A DNA stretch of 42,524 nt from a bacterium. GTDB lineage: Bacteria > Electryoneota > B3-LCP. Where the stretch lies: the NCBI GenBank assembly GCA_018812585.1, contig JAHJDJ010000325.1:1-42524 (forward strand), written 5' to 3'. The translations under genes and the position numbers were made by a program. Positions 36,405-42,524 of this stretch are shown piece by piece. Under the pieces are notes generated by a model. That model was not told the DNA's origin. It saw nothing but the letters and a program-made list of their open reading frames with translations, and made no database searches. Numbering within the stretch: the first letter of the stretch is position 1; every line of letters begins with the position of its first letter.

Positions 36405-38072
36405 ATGCCAACTATAAAAAAGATCGCCTTAATTGAACCGGAACCTCCCGGACTTCACGTTTTCAGCAGCTTCCGCATGCCGCGTCTGGGTTTACCTTTA
36501 TTAGGCGCTATTCTGAAGAAAAACGGTTATGACGTTACCATACACGTAGGCGCGCTTAGTGATGCCTATATCAAGGAATTCAGTCAGAGTGATCTGATTG
36601 CCATATCGACAACGACGTCGACCGCCATTGAAGCTTACCGTATTGCCGATCTTTTCAGAGCGTTGGGCAAAACAGTAGTGATTGGCGGCGTGCACGCTAC
36701 TTTCCTTCATGACGAAGCTCTGGGACACGCGGATTATGTGGTGCGGGGTGAAGGTGAAAACGTCTTTCCGGAGCTGATTCGGCATATCGCCGATGAAACT
36801 CTACCAAAGGGTCTTCAGGGCGTCAGTTTTAGCGATGGTGAGGAGATCATCCATAATCCTGTAGCGCCGTTAATTGATGATCTGGATACACTGCCGTTTC
36901 CCGATTTTTCACTGCTGAATGACAGTTTAAAACTGTTCAATACACCCGTTCAAACCAGCCGCGGTTGTCCGTATCCCTGTAATTTCTGCAATGTCACTCA
37001 GATGTTCGGCCGAAAAATGCGCTATCGTTCGGTTGATCATGTTATCGCTGAATTATCTCAGTTACCCAGCGAAGAAATCTTCTTTTATGATGATAACTTC
37101 TGCGCCAACCCAAAGCGCACCAAAGACCTCTGTGAAGCAATGGCGCAGAAAAGCATTAAGAGCAAGCGGGGATCAGCGCAGGTACGCGCGGATATGACTC
37201 GTGATCGCGAGCTGGTGCAATTGATGAAAAGCGTTGGGATCAATCAGGTTTATGTCGGTTTCGAGTCGATCAACCCTGACTCTTTGGAATATTTTGACAA
37301 GAAGCAGACGGTCGAAGAGATTGCTCAGGCGATGGAGGTATTCCGCCAGTTCAAGATTCATGTACACGGCATGTTTGTCATGGGCGCGGAGCACGATACG
37401 GAAAAGACAGCTCAGGATACGTTGAAATTCGCCAGGAAGCATCGCATCGATACGGTACAGTTCATGATGCTATGCCCCCTTCCGGGGACGATGTTGGCTG
37501 ACCAGTTGGACACCGAAGGCCGCATCCTGACCAAAGATTGGAGTCTCTACGACGCACATCATGCGGTTTACATTCCTAAGAAAATGAGCGCGGAAACATT
37601 GCAAACATCCACCATCCTGGCGATGCAACGGTTTTATTCCTTATGGGATGGCGTTTTAAAGCTTTCGAAGGGTGATTGGTATAACGCGGTACGCCGGGCT
37701 ATGGGTTGGTATCTGATTCGTAATTGGAAGAAGGACAACAAGGGTTGGGATGCGCATTTACGTCAGCTCAATACCGGCAAATACCAGGCAATAATCGACC
37801 AATACCTGGTAGAGGCTAAGAAACAGATCGATGAATTACGCGAAAAATTCAAGACGAAGAATCCCGTCTTGAATGCCAGGCTCGATGATCTGCGCAATAC
37901 GATTGAGGCTTATGGTAAGGAAGTAGCCCGCATCTCCAGCGAACTGAGAAGCGGCATCGAAACTGATTTACCGAAGCTGCAAAAACGGGCGGAGCAGGTT
38001 CTACAATCTGCGGAGAATGCGGTTAATGAATTCCGCAGGTTAAGTCAGAGGATTAACAAGCAGGCTATTTAG
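36405..38072 (+). CDS. Cobalamin-binding radical SAM protein
   Basis: GGVHAT, VVRGEGE, TSRGCPYPCNFC, DDNF, GFES, PLPGT. Confidence 0.93.
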   Translation: MPTIKKIALIEPEPPGLHVFSSFRMPRLGLPLLGAILKKNGYDVTIHVGALSDAYIKEFSQSDLIAISTTTSTAIEAYRIADLFRALGKTVVIGGVHATFLHDEALGHADYVVRGEGENVFPELIRHIADETLPKGLQGVSFSDGEEIIHNPVAPLIDDLDTLPFPDFSLLNDSLKLFNTPVQTSRGCPYPCNFCNVTQMFGRKMRYRSVDHVIAELSQLPSEEIFFYDDNFCANPKRTKDLCEAMAQKSIKSKRGSAQVRADMTRDRELVQLMKSVGINQVYVGFESINPDSLEYFDKKQTVEEIAQAMEVFRQFKIHVHGMFVMGAEHDTEKTAQDTLKFARKHRIDTVQFMMLCPLPGTMLADQLDTEGRILTKDWSLYDAHHAVYIPKKMSAETLQTSTILAMQRFYSLWDGVLKLSKGDWYNAVRRAMGWYLIRNWKKDNKGWDAHLRQLNTGKYQAIIDQYLVEAKKQIDELREKFKTKNPVLNARLDDLRNTIEAYGKEVARISSELRSGIETDLPKLQKRAEQVLQSAENAVNEFRRLSQRINKQAI

Positions 38073-38077
38073 CACAC

Positions 38078-38125
38078 CGTCGGATTCTGCCATAGGCACT
38101 CCTTCGGAGGGAGAATCCGACCTAC
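38078..38125 (-). repeat. Branched GTAG-type REP-like element, sister of 9951-9997
   Basis: CGTCGGATTC...GGAGAATCCGACCTAC shared between both copies. Confidence 0.85.
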
Positions 38126-38144
38126 CTGTCGCACTTGAACGAAC

Positions 38145-38176
38145 AAAAAAACCCGCCCTCTGGCGGGTTTTTCTTT
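38145..38176. terminator. Bidirectional intrinsic terminator
   Basis: A7-CCCGCC-CTCT-GGCGGG-T5 between convergent genes. Confidence 0.88.
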
Positions 38177-38192
38177 AGGTATTCAGTATCTC

Positions 38193-39359
38193 TTATTTCA
38201 TCAGGAATGCTTTGCGCGTATGCACAAATCCACCGGCGCGCATCTGGACTAAGTAGAGACCAGAGGCCACATTCGGAGCATCCCAGATCACCGTATGATA
38301 ACCTGCTTTCAACTGCTTGTCGATTAATGTTGTTACTTTGCTGCCCAGGATGTTGTAGACGTCGATACGGACATTGGCAACATCCGGTAATCCGAATTGG
38401 AATTGAGTTGACGGATTGAAGGGATTGGGATAAGGCGGCGCCATGAAGAATACGTCGGGGATGGGCGACGTGATAAACTCGGTTGTTTCCCAGCCCTCAA
38501 CTTCCCAACCGACCAGATTCGCTTCCAGACCATCGGAACCTGCCGCGCCTTCTTTTTCAAAGGGGAAGCTGTCTTCAGCGATGATGGCGCCGGTAAGGTA
38601 AACGCCGGAATGTACCTGATAAAGGTACAAACCTGCGGGAGCGCCTCCGGGAATCGACTGTGACAGGGTACGCGCCAGACTGCCGCTGGTCGGCATAGTT
38701 AAACCGGTACGCGTAAGCAGAGGCCCGTATATATTGCCGTTGGGCAGGACAAGATCAATCCAGACGTCGTAAGTTACCGGTGTCTGGATGTTGTTGGCGA
38801 TTACAACATTATAATCGAAGGAGCCGCCTATCACCGGCAGCGAAATTGGGGGATCCACTGGCGCTGCGGTCACGGTCAAGTCGGTTGTGCCACCCAGAGA
38901 TGCGGTCATAACATCAGGAAACTCGACACCGTAAAGGATGGGATCGTCCATAAGTGGAGCCAGGAATTCCGTGACAGACTCAGAGTAATAGGTTCCGACT
39001 GTCGGTGAGGCGGCATTAAAAGCGCGCAGGAAAATCCAGCCACCTTCAGCGGGCGCGGTTCCTGGCAGCACGAAATTGCCAGCGGACGGCGCGCCGCCTG
39101 TCATAGCGACGAAACAGGCGCCCATCAAAACGTCATCGCCAGTGGGAAGGCCATTCAGGGCCGGTGGATTCATGCCGTTGCCTTCGCTGTCCCAGATCAA
39201 CTGCAGAAGAGATCCAGAAGCTAAAGGCTGACCATTTTCATCCGCTACGACGCCAAAGAAGCCGGAGGCGTAATTTGTGGCGGTTATCATGTAGGGTTGG
39301 GCTTGCAAACCGCCAACCAAAGCCAATGTCAGAATGATGACAGCTATAAGTCGTTTCAT
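38193..39359 (-). CDS. Secreted protein with T9SS type A-like C-terminal sorting domain
   Basis: MKRLIAV signal peptide (ATG 39359, GGAGG RBS, ATGA overlap); C-terminal PYPNPFNPST...VYNILG...SGLYLV...K. Confidence 0.88.
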   Translation of the reverse strand: MKRLIAVIILTLALVGGLQAQPYMITATNYASGFFGVVADENGQPLASGSLLQLIWDSEGNGMNPPALNGLPTGDDVLMGACFVAMTGGAPSAGNFVLPGTAPAEGGWIFLRAFNAASPTVGTYYSESVTEFLAPLMDDPILYGVEFPDVMTASLGGTTDLTVTAAPVDPPISLPVIGGSFDYNVVIANNIQTPVTYDVWIDLVLPNGNIYGPLLTRTGLTMPTSGSLARTLSQSIPGGAPAGLYLYQVHSGVYLTGAIIAEDSFPFEKEGAAGSDGLEANLVGWEVEGWETTEFITSPIPDVFFMAPPYPNPFNPSTQFQFGLPDVANVRIDVYNILGSKVTTLIDKQLKAGYHTVIWDAPNVASGLYLVQMRAGGFVHTRKAFLMK

Positions 39360-40198
39360 TGCGCACCTCCCTTTGCTGAAGAAGCCGGCGCGGTTGTATT
39401 TGTGATTGCTGTTGGCATAGGTGGTCTTCCAATTATCTCCAAAGCATCTAAATCGGGGTAGTATCCTCCGGGGCCGCGGGAATCCAAACCGGTTGGACCA
39501 GGCTGCGGGTAGGTCCAATTAAATCCCGGATGCCCTGGTGCTATGTAAACCCAGTACCCTTTGCAGGGTTCGAATTCGGTCAGGTTACCCTGCCAGAGTG
39601 CGGCGTCGTTTTTCCAAGCGTAGGTATGATTGCCTGAAGCGGCGTCATAACTCATAATCAAGTCGGATAAGAACAGATAAACGCCTCCCTGAAATCCGCT
39701 CATCCCGGCATTGGTCAGAGAAGTCGGCATCGCCCAAACGGAACCGACAGCGTTATATCCCGGTGAGATTGCGCCCATATTGTAGGTCGGTTCTTCAATG
39801 ACGTTGCCGTAAGCAACGATGGTCTGCACGGCAGGATGATCGGGCTGCACGTAGACCCAGTAAGCTTCAGCTTCAGAAAGTTCGCTGAACTCTCCTGCCC
39901 ATTGACTGGTAGTGCTGTTGTACCAGGCTATCTGGAATCTTGCGGAAGTCGGATTCCAGCGTATGATCTGATCAGATTCTTCCACTGTCGCGCCGCCGGT
40001 CAATTGATCACTCAGCACGTTATTCAGCGCTTTGTTATCTGGAAGGAGGGGGAAGGAGATCTGGGTAAATCCCGGTTGCACGTCCAGTTTCCAAAAACCG
40101 ACGGTATTCGATGGGCCGGAATCAGTCGCGAAAACGGTACAGGGAAGCAGTATCGCAGCAGCCATCAACGCATAAATCATTCTGCTGATCATCATCAC
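39356..40198 (-). CDS. Secreted hypothetical protein with internal duplication
   Basis: Signal peptide; two ~95-aa units PGFTQIS...DQII.W...AYWVYV and PGYNAVG...DLIM.Y...GYWVYI. Confidence 0.8.
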   Translation of the reverse strand: MMMISRMIYALMAAAILLPCTVFATDSGPSNTVGFWKLDVQPGFTQISFPLLPDNKALNNVLSDQLTGGATVEESDQIIRWNPTSARFQIAWYNSTTSQWAGEFSELSEAEAYWVYVQPDHPAVQTIVAYGNVIEEPTYNMGAISPGYNAVGSVWAMPTSLTNAGMSGFQGGVYLFLSDLIMSYDAASGNHTYAWKNDAALWQGNLTEFEPCKGYWVYIAPGHPGFNWTYPQPGPTGLDSRGPGGYYPDLDALEIIGRPPMPTAITNTTAPASSAKGGAQ

Positions 40199-40236
40199 TC
40201 CATTGAGGGAATCGCATTTTTATCGAGCTGTCTAAG

Positions 40237-40265
40237 AATATAATACATTATATTGCAAAAATCAA
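40237..40265 (-). promoter_or_regulatory. Promoter with an overlapping palindrome
   Basis: TTGATT-17-TATATT; AATATAAT-AC-ATTATATT at 40237-40254. Confidence 0.6.
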
Positions 40266-40312
40266 GTGAAATTTTTTTTCTCCTCACGATTTTCATTTTT
40301 TCCACGTCAGCA

Positions 40313-40341
40313 TTGCAAAATCGGTCGGAATTCATTATATT
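40313..40341 (+). promoter_or_regulatory. Divergent promoter
   Basis: TTGCAA-17-TATATT. Confidence 0.6.
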
Positions 40342-40416
40342 TAAACCCGGACAACCAGACGCGCATCCTTGATATCTCTGAACATTTCGTAAAATCATCG
40401 AAAATAAGGGTGACTC

Positions 40417-41082
40417 TTGCTATATAATTCCAGGCGAGTTCTTTTCTGGATGACGCTGTTTGCCATCGCCATGGCCTATCTGGAAGCGACGGTGGTGGTC
40501 TATCTGCGCATGCTGTATTATCCCGATGGTTTCGATTTTCCGCTGATGCCAACGCCCCCAATGGTCATGTTTATCGAGTTAGGCCGGGAAGCCGCGACCA
40601 TCATCATGCTGGTGGCGGTGGGGATTATCGCAGGACGAAGTAAAATCGAGCGGTTCGCTTACCTGATTTTTGCTTTTGGCGTCTGGGATATCATGTATTA
40701 CGTCTGGTTGAAGGTACAAATTGGCTGGCCGGACTCTCTCTTGACCTGGGACATTCTCTTTTTGATACCAACGATCTGGGCAGGACCGGTCATCGCGCCA
40801 GTGTTAGTCTCACTTACCATGATCTGGGCGGCGCTGTGGATTATCCGCAAACAGGATGCGGGCATCACTCCGCATTTCGCCCGCTGGGCCTGGTGGGTGG
40901 AGATCTTTGCTGGACTTATAATCATCATCTCTTTTATCTGGGACGCTAAGAACGTTGCTGCAGGAGGTTATCCGAACGCCTTCCGCTGGGAAATCTTTCT
41001 GATTGGTTTGCTGCTGGGGATAAACGTATTTATCCGTGAAATACGCAAACCGGCTAACCGACTGCAAGGACATGGGGCATGA
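40417..41082 (+). CDS. Conserved-looking integral membrane protein
   Basis: About 6 TM helices; E..VVVYLR, REAAT, WDIMYY, WDILFLIP motifs; start uncertain. Confidence 0.8.
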   Translation: MLYNSRRVLFWMTLFAIAMAYLEATVVVYLRMLYYPDGFDFPLMPTPPMVMFIELGREAATIIMLVAVGIIAGRSKIERFAYLIFAFGVWDIMYYVWLKVQIGWPDSLLTWDILFLIPTIWAGPVIAPVLVSLTMIWAALWIIRKQDAGITPHFARWAWWVEIFAGLIIIISFIWDAKNVAAGGYPNAFRWEIFLIGLLLGINVFIREIRKPANRLQGHGA

Positions 41083-41750
41083 ATCAGCAGCAGTTTCAAC
41101 GTGACGCTTATCTTGCACGCATCTGTGATCAGAATGTAGATATTTTCGATGACAAGTATCACTGGAATTTCCAGCCGGAGGATCTTCCGCTGGATCCCCG
41201 TGCTGAATTTGCTCATTGTAAGCGCACCTTTCTGGAGATCGGGTTCGGGCATGGCGAGGTGCTGGAGGAGCTGATTCCACGACATCCAGACACCGGCTTC
41301 ATCGCCATAGAGAGGCGGCCGCCCCGGGTGAGGAAATGCCTGAAGCGGATGCAGCGCGTGGGTGAGCAGCGCGCCAAGCTGATGCGCGTCAACCTGGAAC
41401 TGCTGCGGCGCAGACTTTTTGTCCCGGGTTCATTTGACGATATTTTGATTAACCATCCCGATCCGTGGCCTAAAAGTCGTCACGGGCATCACCGCCTTTT
41501 TCAAGCAGAAACGATTGACTGGTTGGCAGATATCTTAATCGCAGGCGGCATTGTCGAAGTGGCCAGCGACCACACGGAATATTTCTTCACCATCCTGCAT
41601 CTGTTTGAGACGCACCCGCAGTTCGAAAGCCTGATGCCTCCCCCCTGCTACACCGACCAGCCTATTCCCAACAGACCAACCAGCCGCTTTGAGATACACA
41701 AGCGCCGTTCCGGCTTGACGGTGCGGGTGATGAGGTTTGGGAAGAAGTAG
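41079..41750 (+). CDS. trmB: tRNA (guanine-N7)-methyltransferase
   Basis: LEIGFGHG, AIE, HPDPWPKSRH..HRL, ASD, SRFE. Confidence 0.92.
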   Translation: MNQQQFQRDAYLARICDQNVDIFDDKYHWNFQPEDLPLDPRAEFAHCKRTFLEIGFGHGEVLEELIPRHPDTGFIAIERRPPRVRKCLKRMQRVGEQRAKLMRVNLELLRRRLFVPGSFDDILINHPDPWPKSRHGHHRLFQAETIDWLADILIAGGIVEVASDHTEYFFTILHLFETHPQFESLMPPPCYTDQPIPNRPTSRFEIHKRRSGLTVRVMRFGKK

Positions 41751-41794
41751 CAAAATCCCTTACTTGAAAATCTCATCCATCCCGAAATTATCTC

Positions 41795-41823
41795 TTGACA
41801 TTTTGAAAATATGGTAGTATATT
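41795..41823 (+). promoter_or_regulatory. Strong sigma70-type promoter
   Basis: TTGACA-17-TATATT with TG upstream of the -10. Confidence 0.7.
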
Positions 41824-41837
41824 GAATATTACCGGAC

Positions 41838-42090
41838 AATGCCGGAGGTGTAAAACCACCGGCTACTAACATGGATATCACCCGGATCAATCGCTGAAGT
41901 TTGAATCCACAATAATAGCCGCGGGCTTGTCCGCCTCTGGCGGGTTTTATACCCACGGGAAAGTCCAAAGCCAATAAAACACGGTCATTGCGAGGAAAAG
42001 CGCAGACGTAGTCTAAGCGATCCGAAGCAATCTTCGCGCCCAGTCTCCTACGCAAATCCTTTTAATCCGTGTAATCCATGGTTCAGACAA
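41838..42090. repeat. Cluster of palindromic elements and a 9-mer array
   Basis: GCCGG..CCGGC hairpin; CCGCGGG...CCCACGG with a nested hairpin; GTCATTGCGA...GCAATCT element at 41980-42041; 9-mer array at 42055-42090. Confidence 0.75.
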
Positions 42091-42121
42091 TTTGAAAATC
42101 TTATTAAAACAGGAGCCCCCC

Positions 42122-42524
42122 ATGCGCACCCTGATTCTTTTACTCACCCTCCCCACCCTCCTTTTCGCGCAGGATTTGCAGTTTCAATTCGAGCCGGAAG
42201 CATTCCCGGTGGAAATAGAGGGTTTTCAAGTGTACAGTCCCTGGGCTGGGTGCAGCTCAGAATCCAAGCCGGAACTGTGTGACATTGATGCCGACGGCGA
42301 TCTGGACTTTTTCGTGGGCGAGTTTTTGGGCTATTGTGAGTTTTACGAGAATATCGGTGACGGCAATAATCCTGATTTTATTTTTTCTTCTGGTGATTTC
42401 GATTCTATGACCATTGATGCGCGTTTCAATCCCTGTTTCGGAGATATTGACGCAGATGGTGATTTTGATCTGATCTTTTCAGATGATCACCCACATTTGT
42501 GGTTGTATGAAAATATTGGGGATT
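42122..42524 (+). CDS. Secreted FG-GAP/VCBS-like repeat protein (partial)
   Basis: AGGAG RBS; MRTLILLLTLPTLLFAQ signal peptide; DIDADGDLD and DIDADGDFD repeats with YENIG; runs off the window. Confidence 0.88.
   Translation, partial: MRTLILLLTLPTLLFAQDLQFQFEPEAFPVEIEGFQVYSPWAGCSSESKPELCDIDADGDLDFFVGEFLGYCEFYENIGDGNNPDFIFSSGDFDSMTIDARFNPCFGDIDADGDFDLIFSDDHPHLWLYENIGD

Noticed and set aside
39360-39518. N-terminal extension of the 441-aa ORF (similar extensions on HU and DUF2905)
   Set aside because: Internal ATGs give family-typical N-termini (with a clear RBS for HU and the secreted protein) and remove long overlaps or atypical leaders.

Overview
Bacterial chromosomal window, probably from an anaerobic FCB-group lineage. 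This is inferred from a GWxTD protein, bS22, a PNPFNP-type C-terminal sorting domain, ThiH and a superoxide reductase. Most of the window is housekeeping: an ALDH7-like dehydrogenase (partial), thiGHSE, a long minus-strand run (mltD-sppA-HU-bS22-phosphoesterase-DUF2905-xseA-xseB-dxs-nadK-MTase-ftsY-rimO-GWxTD-LD-carboxypeptidase), SOR, a Na+:solute symporter, nucleoside salvage (CNT-add-PNP), an M20 peptidase, MscS, two tRNA-Ser genes, LptF/G, an OmpA-family protein, a B12 radical SAM enzyme, secreted proteins and trmB. The unusual parts are small. (1) A 433-bp integrase-less unit holds one four-helix-bundle gene, is bounded by inverted 7-mer tandem repeats, and sits between 18-bp direct repeats of the tRNA-Ser(GCT) 3' end. 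(2) An AT-rich 1.2-kb DUF2335 islet lies between 124-bp direct repeats that duplicate the 3' end and terminator of a holin gene. (3) An orphan C39-like peptidase/3TM-holin pair has a repeat-rich upstream region. (4) A hybrid kinase appears to lack its canonical phosphoacceptors. (5) Dense clusters of diverse REP-like palindromes and 7-/9-mer arrays occur, some with compensatory substitutions. All calls come from reading motifs by eye; no searches were run.
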